This document shows positions 1 to 12,808 of a stretch of 64,000 nucleotides of DNA, piece after piece; position 1 is the stretch's first letter; each line of letters opens with the position of its first letter. The translations under genes were made by a program, and so were the position numbers. Below the pieces are notes generated by a model. The model was not told where the DNA came from and searched no databases. It worked only from the letters and a program-made list of their open reading frames with translations. Source of the stretch: Vicugna vicugna (lineage: Eukaryota); contig MU062453.1 in the NCBI GenBank assembly GCA_013265495.1, forward strand, positions 2,142,484-2,206,483, written 5' to 3'.

Positions 1-1139
1 ACATAAAAATTCATCAAGTTGTACACTTAATATTGTACATTTCACATGTAAGATATGCCTGAAAAATTAAAATGAAAAGAATTTTCATTAAGAAAAAGTT
101 CAGTCATGGTGGGGGGGATTTCTAGAGAGCCCCCAAATTATATCATTCCCCCACTGCCAGAGGGAGTTCTTTGCTTGGGGCCCTGGGAGGGGGCCAAGCT
201 GGGGTCGAGGCCCTAGCCTTCTCCCCGCAAAAGAAGCCGAAAGGGAATCAAGCTGGCCTTTGTGGCTGGGTCCAACAGAGCAGGACAAAGGGCCAAATGA
301 CGGCCCCCTGCACCCCCCACTCCCCCCGAGGACACTGAAGCCCATTCAGGTTGGAGGCTGGCCATTTCCCCAGGGCTCCAGCCGCCCTCCTCTCCGGAGC
401 TGGGAACAATATCCCCATTTACCACCCCCTTGTCTCCCACTTCCGCATTTAATTGCAAGTTCATGGGTATTAAGTGGCCCATACAGCTGACCCAGCTCCC
501 TCTTCCCTCCCCACCCCCCAAAAAGGAGGCCCACAGCGCTGTCTCTGTTCACTGCCCCTCTGTGAGCCCGCTCCTTCTCAGTGATCTCCCCAAAGAGAAG
601 AAAGAAAGAACCCAACTCCCCTTTCCCCCCTCCATGCCTTCCTCAGACAACTCTGTTCTCACCCAGAGAGTGCTGCCTTGCAATCCAAGCTGCTCCTGGC
701 CCTGGCACAGGAGCGGTGGGCCCAGGAGGGCACCCTCTGTTCTGACCTGCCAGGCTGCTGGCACACGCACTGTGCACCTCCCTGGAACCCCACTTAATGC
801 CCGAGGAAACTGAGGCCCAGGGCAGGCAGGTGACAGACCTGTCGTCCAGCTAGGGCCAGGGCTAAGAGCCTCAAAATTCCTCCACCTGAATGTCCTGACT
901 TTCCTTTCGCTGCCTTCTCGCCCCCACTCAAGGGCATGACCCAAACCTTTGACCCTAATCTCTTCTCTAGCTTTGAAACCCCAGGGACAACTCTGAGCTC
1001 ATCCAGTGACCTTTAAGGATTGGAAGGAGGTCACCTAAGCCAGTCCCTTGTTCTTCACATGAACCTGCTTTGGCCCATGCTCATGGGATTCCTGCTGCCA
1101 GAATGTCCCCCAGCCTGTCACACCCATCCTGACCACCTA

Positions 1140-1890
1140 CATCTCCTCCAGGAAGCCTTCCAGGTTATACTAGTCAAGGTCTAACTTCTCCGCTGAAAAG
1201 CCTCACTTCCCACATCACTCCACCACCAATTCAAGTCTGAACCAGTTCTATCACATCTTAAATTTGTCATCCTCTCTCCGTGCCACCTCCTGGTCCAAGC
1301 TGCCACCATCCTTTGCCAATTACTGCCACCTAACCAGTCTCGTTGCTCCTACAGCCCAGCCTCCACACTCTGACCCAGGCAGTTCCTCTTAAAACATAAA
1401 TCAGACCACTCTTCCATCCTGCTTACAGCCCTCCAGGTCTGCCGGCCACACGAGGAGGTGGCCCCTGCTCACCTTTACTGGCAGGTGCTGCGCAAAGTGC
1501 CCCTTACCTTCCTAACCTCATCGCCTCCCCTCCCTCCCCTCCAGCAGCTGCTGCACTTCAAACTCGCCAAGCCCTGCACTTGGAGTTTCCTCCCGGACTC
1601 TCTTTCCCTGAAGTGTCACATACCTGGCTCCTGCACATCATTCACGGCTTTGCTCCCAGGTCAGGCCTTCCCAGCCGAAGGCAGGACCACCGCCCTCCCT
1701 GTTTCGCTTCCATCCCAGGTTGGGCGTTAAAACCTGGAACAGTCCTGCTCCTTGTGTGCTTCTTATCTCTCTGCCACCCCCGTTAGAACATCAGCTCCAC
1801 CAGGGCAGGGGTTCTGTCTGTTTTGTTCACTCCTGTGTCCCTAGCACCCAGGATAGCACCTGGCACACAAAAGGTGCTCAATAAAGACCG
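1140..1890 (+). mobile_element. L2 3' region
   Basis: CTCCTCCAGGAAGCCTTCC...CAGGGCAGGGGTTCTGTCTGTTTTGTTCACT...CCTGGCACACAAAAGGTGCTCAATAAA. Confidence 0.75.
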
Positions 1891-3659
1891 GGAGCTTGAT
1901 TAATTAACGAAAGATGGTTCCTGTTCTCCTTTAATTGCATCTAATCCCAGAGCTGGCCTGCACAGTTACAGGAAGCAGGTACTACTAACCACCTGCTATT
2001 GACCAGCTCTTGGGCTACTAACCAGACCAGCCGAGTTCTCCTGCTCTCCCTCGGTCTCCCCAGCAGTACGAGGAGGGTCTGCCCTTTCGTGGTTCTCCTA
2101 CAGCTCCCGAAGCTGCAGCCAAGAGAGGAGCGGGGTGGGGGTGGGGGCCTCCCAGCAGGTGCTGAGCAGAGACGAGTAAATGAAGGCTCACTCTGGGGAC
2201 TGACCAAGCCCGCTCCACTGCTGGCCAAGGCCTCCTCCCCTCTGAAGGGCCAGCTCAGTCAGGGTGTCACGGAGGCCAATCCTGCCCCCACCAGAATCAT
2301 CTGCTCCCTGCCTGTGTTCTCGGCCGACACACAGCTGACTGGTACTATATGATGGTCATGAGAAGGGGTCTGGCGCCAGGCGGCCTGGGTTTGAATCCTG
2401 ACTCTGCCTCCTGGCATAGACTCTTATAAACTCTGCTGGCTGTATGAGCCTGGGCAGGTAACGGAGCCTCTCATGCCTCAATTTCCTCTTTTTTAAGGCG
2501 CTCTACCTCACAGGGTAGTTGTAGGGACTAAAGGAGTGAATAACACTCAAACCAACATTTCTCAAGTTGCAAATGTGGTCGGGAATCATCGGTTGGGGAG
2601 CCTATTAAGAGCAGATTTTGATACACTGGAGCTAGGGTAGGTCTAAACTCCCTTGTTCATGCTGTCGGTCCCTGGAACAAACCCGGAGGACAGCAAGGAC
2701 CTAAAGGGCTTTCACATATAGTAGGTGCTCAGTAAAAAGTACCTCCTGCAGTCACTGTCATCTGCCTAAACCAGTCTGCAGAGAGCTGCGTATCTGGCCC
2801 TCCTATTGGGATTAAGTCGAAATCTTTTCAGATCTATGTGAGACCCTGACTTAGATCTATAAACATAAATAAATAAAAGTTTAATTTTAAATTTAAAAAG
2901 TTAGTCGCTACCATTTCTTGAGAATCCATGTATTTTCTTGCATTTACTTCTCAAGACTCCTCTGCACGCTGGGCTGAGGGCAGCAGGGGCTCACTGCACA
3001 GAAACCCCTCATAGCCACCGAGTGAGATGCACCCCCAGCACTCTGTCTGCAGCATCCTAAGAATAAAGAGTGACTTCTATGAACCCTGTGACCCTTCTTC
3101 GAGCAGCTCAGTCCCACTACTGCCCTGGAGCCAGTGTGAGTTCTAAGCATCATTTGGTTCAAAGTAAAATATTTCAAACGCCACCATGGGGGACCCTGTT
3201 TTGTCCAACATGCATTTTGTTAACACAGCCCAAGACCCAGGGGCCCTCCCGTGCTCTCCATGGGGAGGTTCTAGCAGCCCCACTTAGAGAGGAGGAAAAT
3301 GTGGCACAGACAGGTTGACCAGCTTGCCCAGAGTCCCACTGGCGTGCAGGCTTCTGTCACCCCAAGAGGACCAGCGAGGGGCAGTGTGGGAGGGGCAGGG
3401 GCTTTCACACAGCGGCCTCCCCTCTGCTGGGCACCTCCAACCACGCAGATAGGATCTTGCTCTAATCAGCCTCTGCACCAGGGGCCCAGCAGACCCTGCC
3501 ATAAAGGGGCCCTGGGAGGACTTTGATGTGGGCGAAGATGGAGCCAGCCTGACTCAGAAGCTGGGGCCAGCTATGGGGGAGGGGAAGGCCCACGGAGCCC
3601 CACACCCAGCCTCTATCCGGTCCACTGAAGCCCCCCAGACAATTTGAATGCAACTAGTT

Positions 3660-3850
3660 CACCCAACCGTTTGTACTCATGATCCCACTGAAACCTCACA
3701 AAAATCCTTTGAGGTAGGTACTATCATCACTCCCCATTTTACAGATGGGGAAACTGAGGCACAGAGCGGCTAAGCGACCTGCTCAAGGTCTCACAGCCAG
3801 GAAGTTGCAGAGCTGGATGCAAATTGAGGCTCAACTGACACCAGGGCCTA
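3660..3850 (-). mobile_element. MIR
   Basis: CCCATTTTACAGATGGGGAAACTGAGGCACAGAG...GCTCAAGGTCTCACAGC core. Confidence 0.85.
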
Positions 3851-3876
3851 AACCTATTTATAAGCACTTTAACCAC

Positions 3877-3984
3877 AGGGGGACCAACCGTCCCAGTTTG
3901 TCTAGGACTGAGGGGTTTCCTGGGATGTGGGACTTCTTTTAAAACCAGGACAGTCCCAAGCAAACCAGGGCAGTTGGTCACTCT
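3877..3984. mobile_element. MER94-like MITE (hAT-Blackjack)
   Basis: 24-bp terminal inverted repeats 3877-3900 / 3961-3984 (18/24 complementary), GACCAACCGTCCCAGTTTG. Confidence 0.75.
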
Positions 3985-4999
3985 ATTTATCACTCCACCC
4001 ATCCATAAAAATAAAGATAATAAGAATAGCAAAAGTAACAGCAGCTGACAATCACCAAGCACTGAGGTGCGCAAGGCTCTGTCCAAACCCCTGAAGTAGG
4101 TTTTCTTTGATGAGGCTTCTGTTCTCCTCCCTCCTCCCCCATTTCACAGATGAGGAAACTGAGGACCAGGGAGGCTGCAGAACTTGCCCACAGTCAGCAC
4201 CGAGTAGAAGGAGCACAGCCTCTCGGATGGTAGGAATGTCCCATGCAACCCATCCTGAGGGTCTCGAACTGGGCCAAACAGGGCCTCAGGATCCATGCTG
4301 TGCTTTCAATACTGACCTTCAGGAGATGGATGCCTTTAATATACATGACATATGACCAAGCTATTGTGGATGCAAATTGTCACAGGATTTCTAAAAATAT
4401 ATTAGCTTAAAATGTGCCACTTACGAACTGGGTGGCCTTTGGGTGAGTTCCTGCCCTGCTCTGGGCCTCAGTTCCCTCATCTGCAAAATGGGGACAGTAA
4501 GAGTCCTTCCCTCATAGCTTACAGGGAGTATACCATGAGAGCACACAACTATGGGGCTTAGAACATGGTCTACAAAGGAAACACTCAAAGTATCAGCTGT
4601 TATCTTTCATGGCCCTAAGGTATCATATGTTGGTATCAATATATATTGATACCACGGGCCGCGCAGCTTTATGGAAACTATCTGAGCAAGATAAGGAATA
4701 TCTCTCCTTTCAGCAACTCTCTTGTCTGTTTGGATAAATGACGTTAAAGACTAATGCTGAGACACCAGGCCCAGCCAGGCCCTCCCACTTGCTGACAAGC
4801 TTTGAGGAGATGAGACCCCCCTCCACCCGCCCACCCAGCGTCAGCCGTCTCCTCAGAAGCAAGTCCAGACTGACGCAGAGCAGTACCCAGAAGGCTCCTA
4901 AAACCATCCTTTTAAGGGATCTCTTTTGGCCAAAGCATGATCCTTCAGTAGCTGAGAGCCAAGGCAACAGTTTCAGCTACATGGAAACGCTTTTTGCTC

Positions 5000-5640
5000 A
5001 GAAACCAGCCCAAATCCTAAACTCGGCCACTCTGCTCCCTGTCCCCCAGTCATCTGCTTTCTTCACGGCAGCCCGAGGGATTCTTCTCAGACAAGTCATT
5101 CACTGTGACTCCCTGGCTGCAAACCCTCCATTGCTCTCATAAGAAAAGCCCAGCTCCTCACCTTGGCCCAGTGTGATGCAGCTCCCACAATACTGTTCAG
5201 ACCTCCTCTCCCACCCACTCTCCCCTCACTCCCTCCAGCCCAGCCACACCTGCCTCTTGGCTGAGCCTGAAACTGGCCAAGCTTATCTCTGCCTCAGGGC
5301 CTTTGCACAGGCCACTCCTACTGCCTGGAACACAGTTCCCTCTGCTTTTGTCCCAATGGCTGGCTTCTCGGCATCCAGGTCCCAGTTCAAAAGTCACCTC
5401 ATCAGACAAGCCTTTTCTGATCATCAAATCCAGAACAGCCCCCAACACTGTCTAATTCATATATCTCCCTGTATTATCATATTCATAACACTCATCACCG
5501 GCAGATTTTTCTCCTTTGTTTATTGTCCACCTCCCCATATTCAAATGCCAGGTCTCTGAGAGCAGGGATTTTTGTCTGTTTTGTTCACTGCTGCTTCTCC
5601 AACGCTTCGCACCTAGTAGGACCTTCATCAGTAGCTGCTG
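5000..5640 (+). mobile_element. L2 3' region
   Basis: CTCAGGGCCTTTGCACAGGCC...GCCTGGAAC...GAGAGCAGGGATTTTTGTCTGTTTTGTTCACTGCTG. Confidence 0.75.
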
Positions 5641-5825
5641 ACAGTATGAAAGCAGCAGAAAACAAAATTCCTGGAACTTAAAGCATATCTAACATGGTGT
5701 GCAAACCACCCATTCCCTTTGGGACAAGGGCTCTGAGAGAAGACAGGCAGTTCGGAGAGTAACAGGGGATATGATGGGGCGGGGTTGGGGGCCAAGGAAA
5801 GCTTCCCTGAGAAAGTGCTTTAGAC

Positions 5826-5996
5826 CCTCGCCACTCAGAGCGGTTCCCAGACCACCAGCGTGGGCACCTCATCTCCTGGGAGCTTGTTACAAAGGCAGCA
5901 TCTCAGGCCCCACCCCAGACGTTCTGATCCAGAATCTGCATTTTAATTAGCTCTACCCCAGGCAGTTCATATGTACAGTAAAACCTGAGATATTCC
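5826..5996 (+). mobile_element. MER5A1-like
   Basis: CCTGGGAGCTTGTTACAAAGGCAGCATCTCAGGCCCCACCCCAGAC...CAGAATCTGCATTTTAA. Confidence 0.78.
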
Positions 5997-6849
5997 GGTG
6001 TAGATCCCAGGACAGGTGGGCGATGGCAAGACTGTCTGGTTCTAGGGCATCCTTGGGAACTGAAAAGCCTAGGGCAGGTCTATGAAGCCACTCAGAGGTA
6101 AAACGTGGCCTCTGAGCACCACAGATCAGAGAGAGTAGCGAGGCCCATCTGAGGTCCCAAGCATCCTTCCTCCCTCGGGCCTGAAATAGGATCTGAGAAG
6201 CCCCAAGCCGACATATGTGGGTGGGGAGGGAGAAGGGGGATATGAACCCAACAGATTTGTGTGGCAGACTCCCCGAGAGCCGGGCCATCTGGAGCCCCTT
6301 TGTGATACAGGGAAGGGAGGACCGCAGAGAGGCAGAGAGCCGGGAAAATTTATAAAGAATGGGGCGAGGAGGCAAAAGAGGTAAGGGCGGGGAGAGGCAG
6401 GGGCCACCTGTCACCAAGAAACCTGCAGCTCACCCACCTCTGCCTCCTGACTGCCTGCAACAGACAGGGCCACACACCCCAAAAACCAATTAGAATCCAT
6501 GTGAAATCTATCCTTTCTGTAGTTTCTGGAAATGTGACCTCCTGAAAGTCAACCCTGAGTCTTGCTCTTGGTACATATGGCCGTGGAGAAGCAGATCCCT
6601 CACCTACTTTGATAAGGATGACTACGTGACCCAAGCCAAACAATCAGAGTTCTGGGCTCCTGGGTAGGCAATACTTGGTTTATGGATGGGTACATGTCCT
6701 AAGAGTCAGGACAAGGAGCATCTGGATCCAGCTATACCTGAAGCCATTGCCTCTGAGTCAAGTGAGCCCATAATAGCCTTTTTGTCCTTTGGACTCTGAT
6801 TTGGGGTTTCTGGCATTTGCAACCCTAACTAATACATCTGTTAAAGCAC

Positions 6850-7500
6850 TTGTAATCCTGGAGAGTCATCACTTGTGTATCCATTCTCTCCCCTGGACTG
6901 GAACTCCTTGAGGACACAAATCATTGTTTGATTTAGCTCTGTCCCTAACGCCTAAAAGAAGGCCTGACATACAGTGTGCCAGATATTGTTCCAGGTCTGG
7001 AAGCAGCAGGGAACAGGAGAGACAAAAATCCCTGCCTTCTAAGAGTTTAGATTCTAGGGAGGGGAGAGCAGACAATAGTCAAACAAGTGGGTAAAATATA
7101 AGTGCAATGGAGAAGGAGGGTAGGGAGCAGGAGAGGAGGTATAATTTTAGATGGGAAGGTCAGGGAAGGCTGCACCAAGAAAATGAGATATCAGAGAGAC
7201 CTGAAGAGGTACTGAACCACACGGCTGTCTGGGGAGTATTCTAGACCAAACAGGCAGCAAGTGCAAAGGTCCCGAGGCAGGAATGTGTTGGGTATGTCTG
7301 CTGATATAGTCAGAGAGACAGACACAGGGAGAGATGTCATTGTCCTCTGGATACAGATGCCTGGAGATCAGGGTAGATGTCAGTGTAGGAAATATAAATT
7401 TGGGAAACGTCAGTAAAATGACAGCATTTAAAGTGATCGAGCAAGATGAAAACCACTGAATGGTGATAAAATGATGGAGGGAGAGAGGGAAGAAGTTGTC
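6850..7500 (-). mobile_element. L2 fragments
   Basis: ACAGTGTGCCAGATATTGTTCCAGG...GTGCAAAGGTCCCGAGGCAGGAATGTG...AGATATAAATTTGGG-like segments. Confidence 0.65.
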
Positions 7501-8274
7501 CTCCGCTCCTTACCCCTGGGCTCCCATCCCCACCAGCCTCCCGGACTATGTGCTGGGGGAAGGCGGTGATGGAGAGTAACAATGACGTCAGCTCCTCCTT
7601 CCAGAATAACCTGCTGTGGACAAAGGAGCTCCACATCCACCATCTTACCTGTGACCAAGAAGGAGGCAGGGCAGGAAACAGCACTCCTCGCCCCACTCTG
7701 CCACCCAGTTGAGAAACTGAGGCTGGGAGAGGGGCCAGGCTAACGCAAGGTAACCCGAAGGCCAACTCAGCTGGCAGGGCTGCCCCAACCAGGCCCCTGG
7801 CTGCTGACACAATGTGCTGCTGCCAAACACAGCCTTTCATGAGCAGAAATAAAGAGGACACTCCGCCCAGCCTTGGGACTGCCAGCTTGGAGAACATGAC
7901 AGAGATCTGACACATGGGAGGGGGCTGAGAACATGTCTTGGCCCAAAGCCTCGTGGTGACTGGCAGACAGCACTGCTGGCAGCAGGCTGGAGACCAGGAG
8001 GAACAGCCAGCCCCTAACCCAGGACTGGGTCTCCAGAGTTTCCCTGGCGTCGGGGTCTCCCCCGCTTCTCGACTTAACAGGCCAGCCCCGAACCCAGAAC
8101 CCCATCTCCCTCCCCCAGGGATGCGGCATCCCGCTCCCACTCCATGGGGGCGACACCTCTCCAAGCCCTGATTTCCCTGTCTGTAAGATGGGCAGCAAAT
8201 AGAGAAACGTTTGTGTCATCTTTTCATCACAGCGGCTAATTATTTGTTGAGCTCTTACTACGTGCCAGACATTG

Positions 8275-8426
8275 NNNNNNNNNNNNNNNNNNNNNNNNNN
8301 NNNNNNNNNNNNNNNNNNNNNNNNNNNNNNNNNNNNNNNNNNNNNNNNNNNNNNNNNNNNNNNNNNNNNNNNNNNNNNNNNNNNNNNNNNNNNNNNNNNN
8401 NNNNNNNNNNNNNNNNNNNNNNNNNN
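8275..8426. other. Assembly gap (152 N)
   Basis: N run between a MIR piece and a MER20 end. Confidence 0.99.
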
Positions 8427-8500
8427 ATAACTAAAAATGCCTGCAGATTCTGCCAAATGTCCCCTGGGGGGCAAAGAGTGCCCTCGTTTGAGAACCACTG
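8427..8500 (-). mobile_element. MER20 terminus abutting gap
   Basis: GCCAAATGTCCCCTGGGGGGCAAAG...TTTGAGAACCACTG. Confidence 0.7.
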
Positions 8501-9289
8501 CTCTAGGCACAGTTATACGCTGACCAGGACGTCAACTCCATGAGGGCAAAAGTCTCTGTCCATATGTCAAATCTGGGGCCCAGATTTAATTTACGGGGCT
8601 TAGTTTCAGAATCTCAACCAACCACCACACTATCCTGATTCTCAAAGGACTATGGGAGGGTTTATACAACCCAATATAATACATAAGTCTGCCACACATG
8701 GGTGAGAAGCCAGTGACAGTCTTTTTTTCATCATCAGTTTATCTTAATTTGAAAAATAATGTGTTAATTATAACTAGTGACACAATGCAGAAAAAATTCA
8801 AAGATAAAATATCTTTCTCTAAAACCGTCCCCATTCTCAGCCCAAGGTCTCCAATATTAATACCCTGGGGTGCATCCTACAGTGCCTTTTCTGCATTCAT
8901 AAATACCCACCCACGGGGTCTTTTTGTTGTTGTTAATTTTTTTCTACATAATTGGGATCACCCTCCACATCTGACTCGCAACTTAACCTCTCTTGTGAAG
9001 CTACAGTCCTTCACATCAAGAGAAGAGATCAAGCTCATTCTCTTAAACCACTGCCTGGCATCCCAGCCGTGGCTAAACGACCACCTTAGCCCTTTCTCCC
9101 TTACTGAATACCCAGTTTCCTTTTACGCGGGGGAGGGCCATTACTAACAAAATTGGAACAAACACGTTTGGAATCTACATCTTTACATCCTTTTTTTCCT
9201 TGGTTCTACAGCAGAGATTCCCAAAAGGACTGTATCAAAAGGTAGGGTATTGCGGTTTTTTATTTTTTAAAACATTGTCAGACTACAAC

Positions 9290-9545
9290 ATGATAAATAT
9301 CAGTAACACTGCTGTTACGTTCTATGTGAAAGTTGTTAAGAAAGTTGTTAAAAGAGTAAATCCTAAGAGTTCACACCACAAGCAAAAAACAATTTTTCTA
9401 TTTCTTTTATTTCTGTAGCTATATGAGCTCACGGATAGTCACTAAAACTTACTGTGATCATCATTTCATGATGTATGTAAGTCTAATCTATACACCTTAA
9501 ACTTATACAGTGCTGCATGTGAATTATATCTCAATAAAACAAACA
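9290..9545 (+). mobile_element. L1 3' end (L1MA/MB-like)
   Basis: GAAAGTTGTTAAAAGAGTAAATCCTAAGAGTTC...ACACCTTAAACTTATACAGTGCTGCATGTGAATTATATCTCAATAAAAC. Confidence 0.75.
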
Positions 9546-10159
9546 AACAGACAAACAGTGCCAGACCCTTTTCCCCAAAACACAGCAGCATTAATACTCC
9601 TGACAGCATCATCTGGAACTGCCAATTTCCCAGCAGCCACACCAGCACTGGGTATTATCACTTTGTGTGTGAGTGAAATAATGATAATGCTACAGAAGGT
9701 AATGTGGACTGATCTGGTTGGCTGCTCAGCAGCAATATGGCTCCACATAGTTCTCATTCCACAAAATACTACCAGTTCAAGAGCATTCTGGACCTGAATG
9801 AAGCTAGATGTTTGTGGGGGAGCAGGCTATCCATCTACGGGATCCTGAGATGTCTTCCTCCCGAGCCCCTCCCCATCCTTGCAAGCTGCCTCCTGAGCCT
9901 GCACCATCTTCATTTCTGAAATGGATTTCACACCCAGGCATAACAAAGATGTCTTTGTCACTAGGAAAGAGGGAGAGACTGTTGCCAGAACATTCTGGGT
10001 TCTGTTCATTCAAATCTCCATGTGTGGGGAGGAGGAGGGTAGAGTTGCGGGTGGGGGAAATGGGCTGCTTCCCACTTTGGGGCTAACCTCAGGGGTAGAC
10101 GCCTTGGGTAGACCTGGAGCAGCCCCAGATTCCCTGTCATTCACTCACTGGTTCATTCC

Positions 10160-10350
10160 ACAAACAGTTGCTGAGCGCTTACAATGTGCCAGGCACTCTG
10201 GGAAGCACTGTACAGGCATCATCTCATGCGATTCCTGCCCACAGCCCAATAAGAAAGATAATACCATTAACCCCATTTTGCAGATGAGAAAACTGAGGCC
10301 CAATGAGACAAAGCCAGGACCCAAGGTCACACAGCTAATGAATAACACAG
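10160..10350 (-). mobile_element. MIR
   Basis: CCCATTTTGCAGATGAGAAAACTGAGGC...CCCAAGGTCACACAGCTA. Confidence 0.85.
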
Positions 10351-10389
10351 GGGCACAAAGGAGGGGCAATTAGCTAACTTCTAACCACC

Positions 10390-10810
10390 TGCAGAACACC
10401 CCAGCAACACCCTATCCCCCAGCTGCCACGTTGCTCCACCTGGGCCACCACACAGCCTCCTCTCTCTGCCTCCACCCTGTCCACCTACAGTCTATTCTCC
10501 ACTGGCAGCCAGAGGGATCCTGTGAAAACTAGGCAAGATTCTGCCCCTTCTCCACTCAAAAGCTCCAAGGGCTCCCACTTCACTCAAAGTAAAATGCAAA
10601 GTCCTTACAATGGTCCACAAGATCCTGCACAGCCTGCGCAACAGCCTTCCCACTCCTATTGTTACCTCCCTGACTTCACCTCCAATTCACTCACCACCTG
10701 GCTCACTCTGCTCCAGCCACTCTGGCCTCCTTGCTGTTCCCGAAACATGCTCCTGCCTCAGGGCCTTTGCACTTGCTGTTCCCTGTGCCTGGAATGCTCT
10801 TCCTGCAGAT
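10390..10810 (+). mobile_element. L2 fragment
   Basis: CAGCCAGAGGGATCCTGT...CCAGCCACTCTGGCCTCCTTGCTGTTCC...CTCAGGGCCTTTGCACTTGCTGTTCCC. Confidence 0.75.
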
Positions 10811-11409
10811 ACAGAGGCTAAGCCATTTTCCTAAGGTGCGATACCTAGAAGGGACAGGCTATGTGGCCTCAGAGAAAGCAAAATGCTCCCAGTGGAGCCT
10901 CCAATAAGAAAGAAGGCTGCTCTGTGACCCTGAAGCCTTTTTGGTTGCTGAACCACTCTGAGCCTCTGTTTCCTCATCTATAAAATAGGCAACATAGGAA
11001 CATCTTCCCCGTCAAATTCCTGGGAGGTTATGTTGCTTGAGACATGTCCACTGAGGACATCTCACATACATGCTGGTGCTATTATTAGATCCACGGAAAG
11101 GACCGGAACAGTCAGGGAAGGCCTCTTGAGGAAGCAGGATATGAGCAAGGCTTTGAAGGTAGGATGTGGAAAAGCCAGAAGGCACTGCAGGCAGGCCAGG
11201 TGACAACAGGGTTCCCCTGGGACCCAAGACTCGAGAGAAGGCAAAGGCTTCCAAGCTGGGACGGAAACACCAGCTCAGAAGAGAAGAGATGCTCCCACGT
11301 GGCATCCCTCCCCTTCTTCCAGGCCCGGGACCCTGGCGTCTGCCTTCGGGGAACCAGGGCTCCCGCGTGGTGCAGGTGGGCCCCTCACTCAGACCTGGCC
11401 GGACAGTCT

Positions 11410-11575
11410 CAGTAACTGCTTCAGGGGTGGGCACGTGACCCAATACAGCCAATCAGAGCCCACGCCCGGACAACAAACAGACCCTCCCCCAGCACAGGCT
11501 AAGCAATTCCCATCTCTGCTGAAGGCAGTTTGAGCTGGCTTTTCTGTCACTTGCAACCAAAGAATCCTGACAACC
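11410..11575 (+). mobile_element. MLT1 LTR fragment
   Basis: GGGCACGTGACCCAATACAGCCAATCAGAG...CTGTCACTTGCAACCAAAGAATCCTGAC. Confidence 0.6.
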
Positions 11576-11633
11576 AGCATTTGCTGACCTCATGAGCAAG
11601 AGCTGTGATATTACTGTTGTTGTAGTTGTTACA

Positions 11634-11687
<54 letters not shown>
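11634..11687. repeat. (ATT)18 microsatellite
   Basis: Perfect 54-bp trinucleotide run. Confidence 0.97.
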
Positions 11688-12377
11688 TCAAAACCTTCTA
11701 GATTTGGGAGAAAAAAAGCAAAGGAGAGGTCTCCATGGGGCCACACAAGCACAGGAAGACACCAAGTCTGCCTGGATGGGAGCAGGGTCCCACAGTCCAA
11801 GAGGAGGACCCAGCCAGCAGCTGAGGGGCCCCCAGCACCCATGTAGGAGCCCACTGCTTCCTCTCTGGGGTCTGCACCCCAGCATCTCCCAAAGGAGCAT
11901 AAGTACAAAAAAAGATTCAGGAAGTAGGACACATGAATGTGGGAAACTCCAGTTCAACAGCTGATATTGCAAAAAATAAAAGACAGTGATTGCCCACAGG
12001 CCACAGGAAGTGGAAGCTGGAGTAAGAGAATCACCCTAAGAGAGACCATCTTCTCCCCCTCTACTCACCTCAGAGCATAGAAGGACCACCCACCAACTAC
12101 AAGATGCAGCTTAAACTCAACTGCCTACAAGCCAGGCAGGTGGCGGGGGAGGGCGATCCTTCATGATGACAATGAAAGTATCCTTTTTAAAAAAAGGCAC
12201 TTTTTTTGCTTACTAAACACATCTTTCTTCCAAAGGGAAACTTGTGCCTCCTTCTTTTCTTAAAACATGCAACCCTCTTGTCCTGGGGCTTTCAGTTTTC
12301 CATTTGATCAAAACAAGGATTAGAAGAAATATTACAATGTCCTCTTGACTCTATTTTGAAAAAAAAACAAAACAAAC

Positions 12378-12670
12378 AGCAGAGCATATACAGTGATAAA
12401 TGGCAACCAACATTTGATTTAAGTGTTGGGGACATTAGAGAAGGGTGGGGACTGTGGCAAACTGAAGACTGCAAGTTCTGTTGAAAGAAGGCAACTTCTG
12501 CTCAGCTCCCGCCAACTGTTTGCCTGTAGGAATGCAACCTTGATGTGGACAGATCTTCTGATTATTTAAGAAGCCAGAAGCAGAGTTTTTTGTATGAAAT
12601 TTCTTTATTTTTTTCAATGTTGGTAACCAATAAAAAATTCTTAAAACACTGTACAGGCCTGACAAAACCT
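12378..12670 (+). mobile_element. hAT-Tip100 (MER45-like) fragment
   Basis: GATAAATGGCAAC...GTGGGGACTGTGGCAAAC...CAGATCTTCTGAT...AAAACACTGTACAGGCC; related copy at 57655. Confidence 0.55.
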
Positions 12671-12745
12671 ACCTATGGGCGTGGGCTAGCCTGAAAACCC
12701 CCAGTTTGGAACTTGTGATGCTGCAGACCCACGGACGATGAATGA

Positions 12746-12750
<5 letters not shown>

Positions 12751-12806
<56 letters not shown>
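12751..12806. repeat. (AC)28 microsatellite
   Basis: Perfect 56-bp dinucleotide run. Confidence 0.97.

Positions 12807-12808
<2 letters not shown>

Noticed and set aside
3877-3984. Long hairpin that could be a pre-miRNA
   Set aside because: Explained by MITE terminal inverted repeats (18/24 pairing); no expression evidence.
3815-4379. Two identical GGATGCAAATTG octamer 12-mers
   Set aside because: One is inside a MIR, and octamers are frequent in this window owing to TGCA enrichment from CpG decay.
7337-8164. 275-aa minus-strand ORF, the longest in the window
   Set aside because: Overlaps L2 and MIR remnants, has no recognisable domain or exon structure, and does not resemble any part of P-Rex1.
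7767-8543. ORFs spanning X runs (also 52929-53499)
   Set aside because: Artefacts of assembly gaps.
8569-8587. 19-bp near-palindrome AAATCTGGGGCCCAGATTT
   Set aside because: Isolated and short; expected occasionally by chance.
11453-11972. Poly-Ile/poly-Leu ORFs resembling transmembrane segments
   Set aside because: Translation of the (ATT)18 microsatellite.
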